Positions 19,076-30,377 of a DNA stretch of 55,675 nucleotides are shown here, one piece after another. Source of the stretch: Sphingobacteriia bacterium (GTDB taxonomy: Bacteria > Bacteroidota > Bacteroidia > NS11-12g > UBA9320); the NCBI GenBank assembly GCA_008080835.1, contig VMDK01000124.1, positions 1 to 55,675 on the forward strand. The letters run 5' to 3'. Within the stretch, counting starts at the first letter, position 1. Every line of letters begins with the position of its first letter. The notes beneath the pieces are model-generated. The model ran no database searches. It was not told where the DNA came from and saw only the letters and a list, made by a program, of their open reading frames with translations. The translations under genes and the position numbers were made by a program.

Positions 19076-20833
19076 ATGCTTCGGACACACAATTGCGGAG
19101 AGCTTAGAATTGAACACGTTGGTACCCAAACCACCCTATGCGGTTGGATACAGAGAAGACGTGATTTTGGAAGCCTGACTTTCATTGATCTGCGCGATCG
19201 ATACGGCATCACTCAACTCTCTTTCAATGAAGAGCAAAATGCTGAAATGCATGAAACTGCACGATCATTGGGGCGCGAGTTCGTGGTAGCCGTGACCGGA
19301 AATGTGGTAGAACGCTCGAATAAGAACGACAAACTCCCAACCGGTGACATCGAAATTGAAGTGACGGAACTGAAGGTGTTGAATGAAGCCCTCGTTCCTC
19401 CTTTTACCATTGAGGATGATACCGACGGCGGCGAAGAACTGCGGATGAAGTACCGCTACATTGATATTCGTCGACGCAAAGTGCGTGAGAATCTGGTGCT
19501 CCGCCACAAACTGACTCAAGCTTTACGCAATCACCTGAGCGCAGAAGATTTCGTAGAGGTAGAAACGCCTTATCTCATCAAATCCACTCCGGAAGGTGCC
19601 CGCGATTTTGTGGTTCCTTCCCGATTGAATGAAGGTCAGTTCTATGCCCTGCCTCAGAGTCCACAGACTTTCAAACAGCTTCTGATGGTGAGCGGAATGG
19701 ATCGCTATTTCCAGATCGTGAAGTGTTTTCGCGATGAAGATTTCCGTGCCGACCGTCAACCTGAATTCACTCAGATAGACTGTGAAATGTCGTTCGTTGA
19801 ACGTGACGATGTACTAAGCACATTCGAAGGCTTGATCAGAAAGGTGTTCACTAAAACCAAGAACATCGACCTTGGTGAGATACCAATTCTCACATATCAG
19901 GAAGCGATGGATCGATTCGGAAGTGACAAACCGGACATGCGGTTCGGAATGGAATTTTGCCACATCAATGATGTAGCTCAGGGCGAGGGCTTTGGGATAT
20001 TCGATAGTGCAGAACTGGTTGTAGCGATCAATGCAAAAGGTGGAAATGCCTTCACCAGAAAACAGATCGACGCCTTCACCGACTATGTGAAGCGCCCACA
20101 GATCGGAGCAAAAGGCCTGATCTACTGCCGTTGCAATGATGACGGAACCTATAAAAGTTCGGTTGACAAATTCTTCGATCAGGACGCACTTGCAGCCTGG
20201 GCCAAAGCATGTGATGCCGAAGCGGGCGACATGATATTCGTTCTGAGTGGGAACCGCGGTGAGGTTGTCAATCAAATGAATGAACTCCGTCTGCATTTAG
20301 GAACTGAACTGGGGTTGCGCGATCGCAATGAATTCAAAGCATGTTGGGTAGTTGATTTTCCGTTGGTAGAATGGGATGAGGATTCCAAGCGTTTCCATGC
20401 CCTGCACCACCCGTTCACCAGCCCTATCGCTGAAGACAGAGCGCTCATGGAAACTGATCCTGGATCCGTAAGAGCCAATGCGTACGACATGGCGATCAAT
20501 GGAATGGAAGTAGGTGGTGGTTCCATACGTATACACGACAAGAAATTGCAAAGCAGAATGTTCGAATTGCTTGGCTTCTCGGAACAAGAAGCACGTGAGC
20601 AGTTCGGCTTTTTGATGAACGCATTTGAATACGGGGCTCCTCCGCACGGAGGAATTGCATTCGGATTGGACCGCTTGGCCGCTCTCCTTGCAGGGACGGA
20701 ATCGATCCGCGATGTAATTGCATTCCCGAAAAACAACATGGGTCGGGATCTTATGATCGATGCCCCTGCTGAATTGAATACTCAACAATTGGAAGATCTG
20801 GGCTGGGACCTTGCAACGAAAAAGGGATCCTGA
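19076..20833 (+). CDS. aspS: Aspartate--tRNA ligase
   Basis: [71 protein letters not shown]; TATATTTG promoter at 19043-19050. Confidence 0.98.
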   Translation: MLRTHNCGELRIEHVGTQTTLCGWIQRRRDFGSLTFIDLRDRYGITQLSFNEEQNAEMHETARSLGREFVVAVTGNVVERSNKNDKLPTGDIEIEVTELKVLNEALVPPFTIEDDTDGGEELRMKYRYIDIRRRKVRENLVLRHKLTQALRNHLSAEDFVEVETPYLIKSTPEGARDFVVPSRLNEGQFYALPQSPQTFKQLLMVSGMDRYFQIVKCFRDEDFRADRQPEFTQIDCEMSFVERDDVLSTFEGLIRKVFTKTKNIDLGEIPILTYQEAMDRFGSDKPDMRFGMEFCHINDVAQGEGFGIFDSAELVVAINAKGGNAFTRKQIDAFTDYVKRPQIGAKGLIYCRCNDDGTYKSSVDKFFDQDALAAWAKACDAEAGDMIFVLSGNRGEVVNQMNELRLHLGTELGLRDRNEFKACWVVDFPLVEWDEDSKRFHALHHPFTSPIAEDRALMETDPGSVRANAYDMAINGMEVGGGSIRIHDKKLQSRMFELLGFSEQEAREQFGFLMNAFEYGAPPHGGIAFGLDRLAALLAGTESIRDVIAFPKNNMGRDLMIDAPAELNTQQLEDLGWDLATKKGS

Positions 20834-20856
20834 GCTTCTATAAATAAAGCACAAAC

Positions 20857-21912
20857 ATGAAAACACATCTGGTAAGCGGAGGTTGCGGTTTTGTAGGCCG
20901 TAACATGGTAAAACGCCTTTTTGCCACCACAAACGATCGCATCATCTTCGTTGACGATCTATCTATCGGTACTGATCCATCCACATGGCTGGATGAGGAG
21001 ATGAGCAGAGAGAGCAATGGTGTGAAATTCTATGGCTCCGATGAAAGATTGGTCTTCTTCCAAATGGATATCCGCGAACTGATCCGCAACTACCAGAATG
21101 ATGCGAATTACTTCTCACAATTCGGATTCGATGTGGAACGCTTCAACGACGTGTTTCACTTTGCTGCGATTGTGGGTGGACGAGCGAAGATCGATGGAGA
21201 CCCTATGATGGTCGCACTCGACCTGAGCATCGACGCAGAGTTCTTCCATTGGGTTTGTCGTCACAAACCGGATCGGGTCATGTACCCAAGCTCAAGCGCG
21301 GCTTATCCTGTGAGCAAACAGACCGAAGAAGCTGCTATTGCTTTAAGCGAGACCGATATCGATTTCAACAACATGGGGCAGCCTGACATGACCTATGGCT
21401 GGTGTAAACTGACCGGTGAATATCTGGCGTATATCGCTGCAAAATATTACGACATCAAGGTCACTTGTATCCGTCCGTTCAGCGGTTATGGTGAGGACCA
21501 GGATCTCAGCTATCCGATCCCAGCGATCGCCTTGCGTGCAGCGTACAAGGAAGACCCATTCGAAGTTTGGGGAAGCGGCCATCAGGGACGGGACTTCGTG
21601 CATATCGATGATGTGCTTGACTGTATACTCCTCGCGATGGATCACATCCACGACGGATCTGCGATCAATATCGGGCAGGGTCGTTTGACCTCTTTCCGGG
21701 AGATCATCGGACTGTTTACAAAATTTGCGGGCTATGAACCGGAGATCAAGCCTCTGCTCGACAAGCCGGTAGGAGTTCACTCTCGTTATTGCGACATGAG
21801 CTACGTGAAAGAAAAACTCGGTTGGGAGCCAAAGATCAGCATCGAAGAAGGTATGCGTCGTGTATACGAAAAGGCACTGGAGATAGCTGCAGCCGGAATC
21901 ACCAACAATTGA
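20857..21912 (+). CDS. NDP-sugar epimerase/dehydratase (extended SDR)
   Basis: SGGCGFVG, VFHFAA.VGG, SSSAAYP, YGWCK, VWGSGHQGRDFVHIDD. Confidence 0.9.
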   Translation: MKTHLVSGGCGFVGRNMVKRLFATTNDRIIFVDDLSIGTDPSTWLDEEMSRESNGVKFYGSDERLVFFQMDIRELIRNYQNDANYFSQFGFDVERFNDVFHFAAIVGGRAKIDGDPMMVALDLSIDAEFFHWVCRHKPDRVMYPSSSAAYPVSKQTEEAAIALSETDIDFNNMGQPDMTYGWCKLTGEYLAYIAAKYYDIKVTCIRPFSGYGEDQDLSYPIPAIALRAAYKEDPFEVWGSGHQGRDFVHIDDVLDCILLAMDHIHDGSAINIGQGRLTSFREIIGLFTKFAGYEPEIKPLLDKPVGVHSRYCDMSYVKEKLGWEPKISIEEGMRRVYEKALEIAAAGITNN

Positions 21913-21915
21913 TCG

Positions 21916-23211
21916 ATGGGAGTCCGGAAAATAGTCTGCTTTGGTCCCGGTCCTAAATTCAAAGGCGGGATCTCGAACTACAATACGAGTCTTGCCAAAG
22001 CGCTCGATAAAGAACCGGACACTGAAGTACACATCGTTAGCTGGACACAGCAGTATCCTGCGATCATTCCGCGAGAATTTGTCGACAAATCGAGTAAAGC
22101 GGACCTGCTCGAAGGAACCGACATCAAAGTCGCTTACCTGACCAACTACAACAATCCTCTGAGCTGGTATCGCACGGCGCGCTGCATCAAGGAACTCGGA
22201 GCTGAGAAGATTATATTCCAATGGTCTATCGCGATACAGGGCCTTCCTGTCGGACGGATGATCAACTGGTTGAAGCGCAATACCGAGATCGAGGTCATCG
22301 TTGACCTGCATTTCGTGCTTCAAAAGGAGAAAAGTAAGATAGACCGATACTTCACTTCGATAGGGATCGGTAAAGCAGATACATATATCGTTCACTCCTT
22401 GAAGACCTTCGAGGAACTCAAAGCATTTTATCCGAAAAGGAAGTTCCAGCTGGCCTACGATGGCATTCGCAGTTCAGAAAAGAACACTCAAACAGTCCTC
22501 AAACTATATCACCCGATCTATGATCTGTTCCAACCGGATCCTCAGTTCGACATTGAGGCTTTCAGAAAGGAGCATGGTCTTCGTGAGCATGTGTTCTTGT
22601 TCTTCGGGTTCATCCGAAAATATAAAGGCCTTCATCAGGCTATCGAATCCTTCGCCAAAGTAGCAAACGAACGCGATGATGTTTCACTTCTGATCTGTGG
22701 TGAGTCATTTTGGAAGACTTTGGATAACAAGAAATTGGGAACGCGCATCAAGCAATTCCTTTTCGGGCTTGCCAAGAGTATTTTCTTGAGAAAATCCGAC
22801 GACGAACGCGAGTATGACCCATTGGCGCTGATCGAAAAATTTGGCTTACAAGACCGAACAGCGGTGTTCAACGAATTCATCCCGAATGAAGACGTCCACA
22901 AATACTTCCAGGTGAGCGATTGTGTGGTCCTGTATTATCTCACGGCCACTCCTTCGGGAATCGAGTCCTTGAGTTACAATTTTGAACTCCCTATTCTCGC
23001 TACCAAGGTTGGCCATTTCCCCGAAACCATTAAGGATGGTTTCAACGGCTACCTGGCCGAAGACAGAGACATTGCATCCATGGCTCAGACCATGCAAAAA
23101 TTCCTGGAGAAACCATTGCCCGGGGAGAATGTTAAAGAAATAGCGAAGGAACTTTCCTGGAAAAATTACGCGAAGGTTGTTTTGGGGTTAGGAACTACCC
23201 TAAATCATTGA
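21916..23211 (+). CDS. Glycosyltransferase family 4
   Basis: GGISNYN, LFFGFIRKYKGL, FIPNEDV..YF..SD.VVL.Y..AT.SGI, PILAT.VG.FPE. Confidence 0.9.
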   Translation: MGVRKIVCFGPGPKFKGGISNYNTSLAKALDKEPDTEVHIVSWTQQYPAIIPREFVDKSSKADLLEGTDIKVAYLTNYNNPLSWYRTARCIKELGAEKIIFQWSIAIQGLPVGRMINWLKRNTEIEVIVDLHFVLQKEKSKIDRYFTSIGIGKADTYIVHSLKTFEELKAFYPKRKFQLAYDGIRSSEKNTQTVLKLYHPIYDLFQPDPQFDIEAFRKEHGLREHVFLFFGFIRKYKGLHQAIESFAKVANERDDVSLLICGESFWKTLDNKKLGTRIKQFLFGLAKSIFLRKSDDEREYDPLALIEKFGLQDRTAVFNEFIPNEDVHKYFQVSDCVVLYYLTATPSGIESLSYNFELPILATKVGHFPETIKDGFNGYLAEDRDIASMAQTMQKFLEKPLPGENVKEIAKELSWKNYAKVVLGLGTTLNH

Positions 23212-23273
23212 TGGCAGACGGACATTCTGACTACCTTTGCGCTGCGCAGACGAATCAGACTCTTTTACCAACC

Positions 23274-23771
23274 GTGAAAACGACGATCATAAGCTTCAAA
23301 TCATTTCTTTACTTCATCGCACTCACCGGCATTTTGATGATCCAATCATGTGTGGATGATGTTTCTTATGAGGAAGTGAAGGAATTGGAAGGATCCGTTT
23401 GGCCGCAGGACGACACGCTCGTATACTCCTTTAGCATTGACGACACCGCTCATTATTACAGCGTATACCTCACAATGCGTATCGATAACGAGTACCCTTA
23501 CAGCAATATCTACGCTGGTGTGAATATGCGCGGGCCCGGTGGACAAGACATTTCAGAGCTGAAAGGATTTGAAATGGCGGATAAGGAAGGCAAGTGGAAA
23601 GGCAAGAGCTACGGTGGATTGATCGGGTTTGAATTTCCGCTCTACGAGCAAATGCAATTCCACGAAAGTGGTACGTATAAAATTCACGTTTTACAATATA
23701 TGAGGACCGAGAATCTTGCCGGTGTTCACGACGCAGGTATCAAGATCGTAAAAGGCGCTCCTCTGTTATAG
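23274..23771 (+). CDS. gldH: Gliding motility lipoprotein GldH
   Basis: Lipobox IQSC; W...DTL.Y.F.I.DT, R....YPYSNIY, AD..GKW.G, G.Y...V.QYMR...L.GV.D.GI. TACCTTTG promoter at 23232-23239 supports GTG at 23274. Confidence 0.88.
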   Translation: MKTTIISFKSFLYFIALTGILMIQSCVDDVSYEEVKELEGSVWPQDDTLVYSFSIDDTAHYYSVYLTMRIDNEYPYSNIYAGVNMRGPGGQDISELKGFEMADKEGKWKGKSYGGLIGFEFPLYEQMQFHESGTYKIHVLQYMRTENLAGVHDAGIKIVKGAPLL

Positions 23772-23779
23772 ACCAGACT

Positions 23780-25171
23780 ATGAAATACGATGTTTTAGTG
23801 ATCGGTTCAGGACCGGGTGGTTATGTCGCGGCGATCCGCGCTGCACAACTTGGATTCAAAACAGGAATCATTGAAAAGTACAATGCGCTTGGCGGGACAT
23901 GTCTGAATGTTGGATGTATCCCCTCCAAGGCCCTGCTCGATTCATCTGAGCATTTCCACGCTGCGGAGCACAAATTTGAGCAGCACGGGATCCTGACCGG
24001 TGACCTCAAAGTGGATATCGGTCAAATGATGAAACGCAAAGAAGGCGTCGTCAATCAGATGACGGGCGGGATCGAATTCCTCATGAAGAAGAACAAGATC
24101 GACGTTCACAATGGTTTGGGAAGCTTTGTTGATGCTCACACGGTAAAAGTGAGCGGCGAGGAAGAAAAAACACTGCAAGCTGATCGTATCATAATCGCTA
24201 CCGGTTCCAAGCCATCTTCACTCCCGGGAATGGAGATCGATAAAAAGAGGATCATCAGCTCTACAGAAGCACTTAGCCTTACAGAGATCCCGAAACACCT
24301 TATCGTAATCGGTGGTGGTGTGATCGGCCTTGAGCTGGGCTCAGTATACCGTCGTCTTGGCTCTGAAGTCAGCGTGGTAGAATACATGCCTTCTATCATC
24401 CCGACGATGGACGCTGCTTTAGGTAAAGAACTTCAACGAGTCCTGAAGAAAGGGAAGATGAAGTTCTACACGGACCACAAAGTGACTTCCGTAAAAAGCA
24501 CTGCAAAAAAGGTCACCGTCAAGGCAGAAGGAAAGAAAGGAGAGATCACTCTGGAAGGTGACTACGTTCTGATGAGCATTGGTCGTCGTCCGTATACCGA
24601 TGGCTTGGGATTGGAAAATGCCGGTGTTCAAACGGATGATCGCGGAAGAGTCGTGGTGAATGAAAACCTTCAAACTGCACAACCTCATATCTATGCGATC
24701 GGCGATGTGATCGCAGGACCGATGCTCGCCCACAAAGCGGAAGAGGACGGAGTATTTGCGGCCGAGCACATGGCCGGACAGAAGCCTCACTTGAATTACG
24801 ACCTGGTACCGGGCGTGGTATACACTTGGCCTGAAGTAGCAGCTGTTGGAAAAACGGAAGAGCAGTTAAAAGAAGCGGGAGTAGCATATAAGAGTGGGAA
24901 GTTCAACTTCCGAGCAAATGGACGAGCCGTAGCCGGCATGGATATCGACGGATTTGTCAAGATCCTTGCGGATGCGGAGACCGACGAGATCCTCGGAGTT
25001 CATATGATCGGCCCACGAGTGGCAGACATGATCGCCGAGATGGTGGTTGCCATGGAATTCCGTGCATCAGCAGAGGATATCGGACGAATTTGTCACGCTC
25101 ACCCTACCACCTCCGAAGTGACGAAGGAAGCTGCACTGGATGCGACCGACAAGCGCTCTATTCACCAATAA
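23780..25171 (+). CDS. lpdA: Dihydrolipoyl dehydrogenase
   Basis: GSGPGGYVAAI, GGTCLNVGCIPSKALL, GGGVIGLE, MLAHKAEEDG, HAHPTTSE. Confidence 0.97.
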   Translation: MKYDVLVIGSGPGGYVAAIRAAQLGFKTGIIEKYNALGGTCLNVGCIPSKALLDSSEHFHAAEHKFEQHGILTGDLKVDIGQMMKRKEGVVNQMTGGIEFLMKKNKIDVHNGLGSFVDAHTVKVSGEEEKTLQADRIIIATGSKPSSLPGMEIDKKRIISSTEALSLTEIPKHLIVIGGGVIGLELGSVYRRLGSEVSVVEYMPSIIPTMDAALGKELQRVLKKGKMKFYTDHKVTSVKSTAKKVTVKAEGKKGEITLEGDYVLMSIGRRPYTDGLGLENAGVQTDDRGRVVVNENLQTAQPHIYAIGDVIAGPMLAHKAEEDGVFAAEHMAGQKPHLNYDLVPGVVYTWPEVAAVGKTEEQLKEAGVAYKSGKFNFRANGRAVAGMDIDGFVKILADAETDEILGVHMIGPRVADMIAEMVVAMEFRASAEDIGRICHAHPTTSEVTKEAALDATDKRSIHQ

Positions 25172-25419
25172 TGAAAACCCTCAAGCTCATATTGATCCTA
25201 TTGTTCCTTTCGTCGTTACATGCCTGTAACAACAAAAGTGCGGATAATCCGGATGAAGCTACAGAAGCTGCAGAAGACAGCATAGCAGTTCCTCCGGGAA
25301 AATCGATCATTGAGCAAAGCGGAGATACCCTAGGTTCCGATCAGATACGAGCTGAAGAAAAAAGGGAATCCGATCTCGATGCTCGCGCCGTAGATTTCGG
25401 CACACCAGCAGGTAATTGA
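25171..25419 (+). CDS. Small acidic lipoprotein (82 aa)
   Basis: ATG overlaps the lpdA stop (TAATG); MKTLKLILILLFLSSLHA-C lipobox followed by an acidic low-complexity chain. Confidence 0.75.
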   Translation: MKTLKLILILLFLSSLHACNNKSADNPDEATEAAEDSIAVPPGKSIIEQSGDTLGSDQIRAEEKRESDLDARAVDFGTPAGN

Positions 25420-25472
25420 TCCGGTGGACAACCTGTGTACATCGTCTGCAAGCCCCTTGCTAAATTTGATAT

Positions 25473-26084
25473 GTGCGCATCGCCTTTCTCATCTGGTGTT
25501 CATTGATCCTGACGCTCGCATCGGCGCAGTCGACCATAGGAATTGAATTCCGGGAAGAGAAGATGGCCCTCACTAAAAACGATTCTGCGTTCACGGCTTT
25601 CGTCTTTACCGAAGTCGGCCCGTTTTCGGAAGGTATGGCATGGGTCAACGCAGGCACTTTGTACGCGTATATCGACACGACCGGACATTGGATCACAACG
25701 TACAAATTCACAGAAGCTCGAGACTTCAAAAATGGCTATGCCATCGTACAAGTGGATTCGACCAATTACGGGCTGATCACCAATAAAGGTGAGTGGGCCA
25801 TTGAGCCGGATTACCGGGAAATGCGTGAACCTGTCGATGGGATCGTTTCGGTTAATCTCAGAGGGAAATGGGGACTACTGAATGTCGAAGGGAACGTTAT
25901 CATTGATGCAGAGCTGGAAGAAGCACCGATCATTCGATCCAAAGTCTTTATCATTCTCAAAAGAGAAAAGTACGGAGTTGTCAACTCGAAGAACGAAACC
26001 GTGGTTCCATTTCGTTATGACTTCATATCGCGAAACGGGGAATTGTTCCTCAACGACAAGCGTTCACTTATTGGACATCCATGA
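25473..26084 (+). CDS. WG-repeat (KWG-type) secreted protein
   Basis: Signal peptide; repeated FSEGMA.V, YAYID.TG, FKNGYA.V, YGLI...G, KWGLLN.EG, KYGVVN units. Confidence 0.85.
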   Translation: MRIAFLIWCSLILTLASAQSTIGIEFREEKMALTKNDSAFTAFVFTEVGPFSEGMAWVNAGTLYAYIDTTGHWITTYKFTEARDFKNGYAIVQVDSTNYGLITNKGEWAIEPDYREMREPVDGIVSVNLRGKWGLLNVEGNVIIDAELEEAPIIRSKVFIILKREKYGVVNSKNETVVPFRYDFISRNGELFLNDKRSLIGHP

Positions 26085-26683
26085 TCAGAAAGAGCTTAAT
26101 CACCACAGTGCTGATCCTTGCAGCATTCATTAGCAGAGGACAGGAATACGATACTCAAAACGAAGCCGGTGTCACCGTCGGACAAAGCACCATTAGCATC
26201 TTGTTGAAGCAAGTTTTGAACGACGATGACCTGAAGTATAGTTTTAGTGGTACTCCTGTATACACGGTTCAATATGATCGATACGTCAACACATGGCTAA
26301 GTCTCGGTGGTGCTTTCAGTCGACAAACCATGGATGTGAAGTTTGAGGAATATGTCGACAATGATGGGATCCTTCAGGAGGGTGATTTCAACGCAACCTT
26401 CGCTCGACATGTGCTTCAATTCCGGGCATTTGCATTCTATGAGATCAATGAGTGGCGTTTTCGTGCCGGTCCAAGAATTGGGCTCAGCCTGTGGGGTGCG
26501 GATACTGATGTCGTAAATCGGGAATTGAAGTTCATTGATCGCGTCTCAAATGCCGTTCTTCCCGGAGTTGGCGTGCTTCTCCTCGGTATAAATTATCGCC
26601 CGATCTCAGCCATCAGTATTGGCACGGAGGTGAATCTGTTCTCACCATATGTTGTAGGTGGAACTGTGCTTTGTCATTTTTAG
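26081..26683 (+). CDS. Probable outer-membrane beta-barrel protein
   Basis: Signal peptide, alternating amphipathic strands, C-terminal Phe. Confidence 0.65.
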   Translation: MIRKSLITTVLILAAFISRGQEYDTQNEAGVTVGQSTISILLKQVLNDDDLKYSFSGTPVYTVQYDRYVNTWLSLGGAFSRQTMDVKFEEYVDNDGILQEGDFNATFARHVLQFRAFAFYEINEWRFRAGPRIGLSLWGADTDVVNRELKFIDRVSNAVLPGVGVLLLGINYRPISAISIGTEVNLFSPYVVGGTVLCHF

Positions 26684-26717
26684 CCTCCCCTTAACCAAAG
26701 CCGTATAAATTTGCGGC

Positions 26718-27977
26718 ATGCAGTGGGAAAACACGGAAGAATTTGCATCGAAGCTTGATGCACAGGATGAACTCTCCTCATTTAGGGGTGAATTCTACAT
26801 TCCAAAGGTCAACGGCAAGGAGTCTATATATTTCACCGGAAACAGTCTCGGCTTACAGCCAAAAAGCGCCCGTGCTGCGCTTGAGCAGGAGATGAAAGAC
26901 TGGGAAGACCTCGGCGTGGAAGGTCATTTCCACGGAAAGAATCCGTGGTTCTACTACCACAAATTCCTAACGGAAGGTGCTGCGTACATCGCCGGGGCTA
27001 AACCGATAGAAGTGGTCGTAATGAACAACCTCACTGTGAATCTGCATTTCATGATGGTGAGTTTTTACCGCCCTGCGGGCAAACGATACAAGATCCTCAT
27101 GGAAGGTGGTGCTTTCCCATCTGACATGTATGCAATGGAATCACAGGTAAAATTCCATGGTTACGAATATGACGATGCGGTCATCGAAATGACCCCGAGA
27201 GCGGGGGAACATCATTTACGGACTGAGGATATTGTACAGACCATTCACGAGCACGGTGATGAAATAGCCCTGGTTATGTTCAGTGGGGTTCAGTATTACA
27301 CGGGTCAGGCCTTTGATATTCCCGCGATCACAAAGGCGGCACACGATGCAGGTGCTCTATGCGGGTTCGACCTAGCTCACGCAGCGGGTAATCTGCAGCT
27401 CAAGTTGCACGACTGGGACGTGGACTTTGGAGTGTGGTGCAGTTACAAATATCTCAACTCCGGACCCGGTGGGGTATCGGGAGTCTTCGTTCATGAGCGT
27501 CATGCCAATAACCCGGAACTCCCACGATTTGCGGGTTGGTGGGGACATAAAGAAGATGACCGGTTCCAGATGAAACGAGGATACATCCCTGAGCCGGGAG
27601 CGGCAGGCTGGCAATTGAGCAATGCTCCGGTTCTGAGTATGTCCGTTCATAAAGCATCCTTGAAGCTTTTTCAGCAAGCAGGAATGGAACGCCTGGTAGA
27701 AAAAGGCAGGAAATTGAATGCTTATCTCGAGTTTGTGGTTCGTGAAGCCGGTAGATCAAATGATCGACTTCAATTTGATATAATTACTCCTGAAGAAAGA
27801 GGGTGTCAGTTGTCTGTGCTGACCGGGGCAAATGGGAAAGAGCTGTTCGACCATCTCACCGGTGAAGGTGTGATCGTTGATTGGCGTGAGCCGAACGTGA
27901 TACGCATGGCTCCCGTCCCGATGTATAATTCCTTCATGGATGTATATCAGTTTGGAGAATTATTGAGGAATTTCTAG
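26718..27977 (+). CDS. kynU: Kynureninase
   Basis: YFTGNSLGLQP, AFPSD.YA, GVQYYTGQ, FDLAHAAGN, WCSYKYLNSGPG (PLP Lys), GWWGH. Confidence 0.96.
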   Translation: MQWENTEEFASKLDAQDELSSFRGEFYIPKVNGKESIYFTGNSLGLQPKSARAALEQEMKDWEDLGVEGHFHGKNPWFYYHKFLTEGAAYIAGAKPIEVVVMNNLTVNLHFMMVSFYRPAGKRYKILMEGGAFPSDMYAMESQVKFHGYEYDDAVIEMTPRAGEHHLRTEDIVQTIHEHGDEIALVMFSGVQYYTGQAFDIPAITKAAHDAGALCGFDLAHAAGNLQLKLHDWDVDFGVWCSYKYLNSGPGGVSGVFVHERHANNPELPRFAGWWGHKEDDRFQMKRGYIPEPGAAGWQLSNAPVLSMSVHKASLKLFQQAGMERLVEKGRKLNAYLEFVVREAGRSNDRLQFDIITPEERGCQLSVLTGANGKELFDHLTGEGVIVDWREPNVIRMAPVPMYNSFMDVYQFGELLRNF

Positions 27978-28054
27978 CTCCTGAATAGCATCTTTGAAAT
28001 CTTGCCTCAAGAAGGCAGAATCCCTACTTTTGCAGCGCCTTTTTCGGCTAGCAT

Positions 28055-28921
28055 ATGAGCGTATTGGTAAACAAGAATTCTAAAGTGATCGTGCAAGGTT
28101 TCACAGGAAGTGAAGGTACCTTTCATGCCGGTCAAATGATCGAATATGGTACGAATGTCGTTGGTGGTGTCACTCCGGGTAAAGGAGGGCAAACTCATCT
28201 CGACCGTCCCGTTTTCAATACTGTGAGCAATGCCGTTGAACAAACAGGTGCCGACGTTAGCATCATTTTCGTCCCGCCGCCATTCGCGGCCGATGCGATC
28301 ATGGAAGCAGCTGATGCCGGAATCAAGGTGATCGTATGTATCACGGAAGGTATTCCTACCAAAGATATGGTTACTGTTAAGGCGTATCTGGCCGACAAGG
28401 ATTGCACATTGGTCGGACCAAACTGTCCGGGTGTAATGACTGCAGGTGAAGCCAAAGTAGGCATCATGCCGGGCTTCATTTTCACTCCGGGCCGTATCGG
28501 GGTCGTATCGAAATCAGGTACGCTCACGTACGAAGCCGTGGATCAGATTACCAAAGCCGGATTGGGCCAAAGCACAGCGATCGGTATCGGTGGTGACCCG
28601 ATCATCGGAACCTCTACCAAAGAAGCCGTTGAGCTATTGATGAACGATCCGGAAACGGATGGTATCATCATGATCGGCGAGATCGGTGGAAGTATGGAAG
28701 CAGAAGCGGCCCATTGGATCAAAGAGAACGGCACCAAGCCTGTTGTTGGGTTCATTGCTGGTGAAACTGCACCTAAAGGCCGTCGTATGGGCCATGCCGG
28801 AGCTATTGTTGGAGGTAAGGAAGACACCGCTCAGGCGAAGAAAGCTATCATGCGTTCCTGCGGGATCCATGTAGTGGACTCTCCAGCGCAGATCGGTGCA
28901 AAAATGGCTGAATTGGTCTAG
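28055..28921 (+). CDS. sucD: Succinyl-CoA synthetase alpha subunit
   Basis: [48 protein letters not shown]; TACTTTTG promoter at 28025-28032. Confidence 0.97.
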   Translation: MSVLVNKNSKVIVQGFTGSEGTFHAGQMIEYGTNVVGGVTPGKGGQTHLDRPVFNTVSNAVEQTGADVSIIFVPPPFAADAIMEAADAGIKVIVCITEGIPTKDMVTVKAYLADKDCTLVGPNCPGVMTAGEAKVGIMPGFIFTPGRIGVVSKSGTLTYEAVDQITKAGLGQSTAIGIGGDPIIGTSTKEAVELLMNDPETDGIIMIGEIGGSMEAEAAHWIKENGTKPVVGFIAGETAPKGRRMGHAGAIVGGKEDTAQAKKAIMRSCGIHVVDSPAQIGAKMAELV

Positions 28922-28924
28922 GGG

Positions 28925-30187
28925 TCAATTCGCAAAGCCTATCGGTCCATTCAGATCGGTCAAACCGAACAACCTTCGTATATTATCACGAACACTATTG
29001 GAGTATTTCTCATTGAAGTCTGGTACGTCCTGGAATTCAGGTCGACTAAGAATACCGTTCAATAGTACGAGTATTTGCGAAGCCATTTCCTCCAACCGGT
29101 TCACTAATGCAGTACCCGAGATCTCGGCATCATATGCCATTGCTATCCAGTCTTCTCGCTGGATTTGATCGACGTCGAATTTGCCATTTACTGACATTGC
29201 GAGATCAGTAGATAATTCAGGATACATTGATGTGCAAACTAGATCATATCCACTCGCAAGACGAGGTCCCATACTATCGTGAATAATAGAGTAATTCTTT
29301 GCGTGTGCGTCACAATTACCAATGAGGACATTGAATAAGAATATTCTTGTGAATTTTTCGATGTCTAAAGCCGGGACAAGAAATCTATCCCTGATCAATC
29401 TCAGACATCGAACAAATCCAGGACCTCCTTCTTTTTCATACTTTGCCGAATGCATTACACACAATGCCTGGCTAAAATCCTCCTGATGAATGCGTTCCGG
29501 TCCGGACTTTCCCCATTCCCGGTCGTACCGATCAACAACATAACCTGTAGCTCCGTTAATTTTTATCAGTCTGATTTGCGGTATTGCGATCCCAGTCTTT
29601 TCAGCTAAGATCATAGTTGCATACTCATTGAAGGGAAGTTGACCATAAGTGACACTATCCGGTTTGAGTATCACATTACTTGGTGCTCCATTTTTGGGCA
29701 AAAAGTATGTGCCTCTCTCTAGATAAAGGGCTGTCTTTGGTTGCGCACCTGCAATAGAGAGCCTCACATTCTTTTCTGAATGCAGGTACGGTTGAAGTAA
29801 TCGATCTTTAGTCAACAGTACATACAACTCGTTCTCCGTAAGCTTGGCAAATGACCAACGCTCTTGAGGCAGGGACTCAATTATGCGTACTGCACCAATG
29901 CATTCTTTTCCCAATTCACTGAGCAAATGAAAATGGTTGGATGTAGATATGTTGATCGCCCTTGCAATAGACGCCTTTTCAGCTTCTTCAGGCAGCAATC
30001 CGGTAAAATATGCATGGGCAGCTCCACCATAGTATTCTTGATCGGTCAACGGCAATGATAGTGACAGCGGCTTGCCACCTTTCTCTACATAGTCATCGTC
30101 GTAAGAGAAGGACAAGGTGCCGTACTTGTCTACGCTAAGCCTCCCTACTAGATCTTCAGCTAGAAATACGTTTATCGAATTGGTCAT
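28925..30187 (-). CDS. hipA: HipA family Ser/Thr kinase toxin
   Basis: PLSLSLPL, YF.GLLPE, RLSIAGAQPKTAL (P-loop), ILKP, HQEDF.QAL, GNCDAHAKNYS (catalytic Asp), YDL. Confidence 0.95.
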   Translation of the reverse strand: MTNSINVFLAEDLVGRLSVDKYGTLSFSYDDDYVEKGGKPLSLSLPLTDQEYYGGAAHAYFTGLLPEEAEKASIARAINISTSNHFHLLSELGKECIGAVRIIESLPQERWSFAKLTENELYVLLTKDRLLQPYLHSEKNVRLSIAGAQPKTALYLERGTYFLPKNGAPSNVILKPDSVTYGQLPFNEYATMILAEKTGIAIPQIRLIKINGATGYVVDRYDREWGKSGPERIHQEDFSQALCVMHSAKYEKEGGPGFVRCLRLIRDRFLVPALDIEKFTRIFLFNVLIGNCDAHAKNYSIIHDSMGPRLASGYDLVCTSMYPELSTDLAMSVNGKFDVDQIQREDWIAMAYDAEISGTALVNRLEEMASQILVLLNGILSRPEFQDVPDFNEKYSNSVRDNIRRLFGLTDLNGPIGFAN

Positions 30188-30377
30188 TGATGATCATTCG
30201 TAAGCCTAGAGTTTGGACAATGCGAAGTGCTTTCCCAAGCTCACAGGTCTCCTTGCCATTCTCCAGTTCGGAAACAAATCTGGTTCCAACCCCACTGACC
30301 ATTGAGAGGTCTTTTTGCGTGAGCTTGAGTTTTTTCCGTTGTTCCTTAATGATTTTACCTAAATCTGAAGCATTCAT
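30156..30377 (-). CDS. hipB: HipB-like XRE-family HTH antitoxin (y4mF type)
   Basis: LGKIIKEQRKKLKLTQKDL..VSGVGTRFVSELENGKETCELGKAL; directly upstream of and overlapping hipA. Confidence 0.92.
   Translation of the reverse strand: MNASDLGKIIKEQRKKLKLTQKDLSMVSGVGTRFVSELENGKETCELGKALRIVQTLGLRMIINDQFDKRISS

Noticed and set aside
21343-22395. 350-aa antisense ORF spanning the epimerase and GT4 genes
   Set aside because: No recognisable motifs and fully opposite two well-supported genes; a shadow ORF.
15907-28921. rplY without pth, and sucD without sucC
   Set aside because: Split operons are common in Bacteroidota; the partners are probably elsewhere in the genome.
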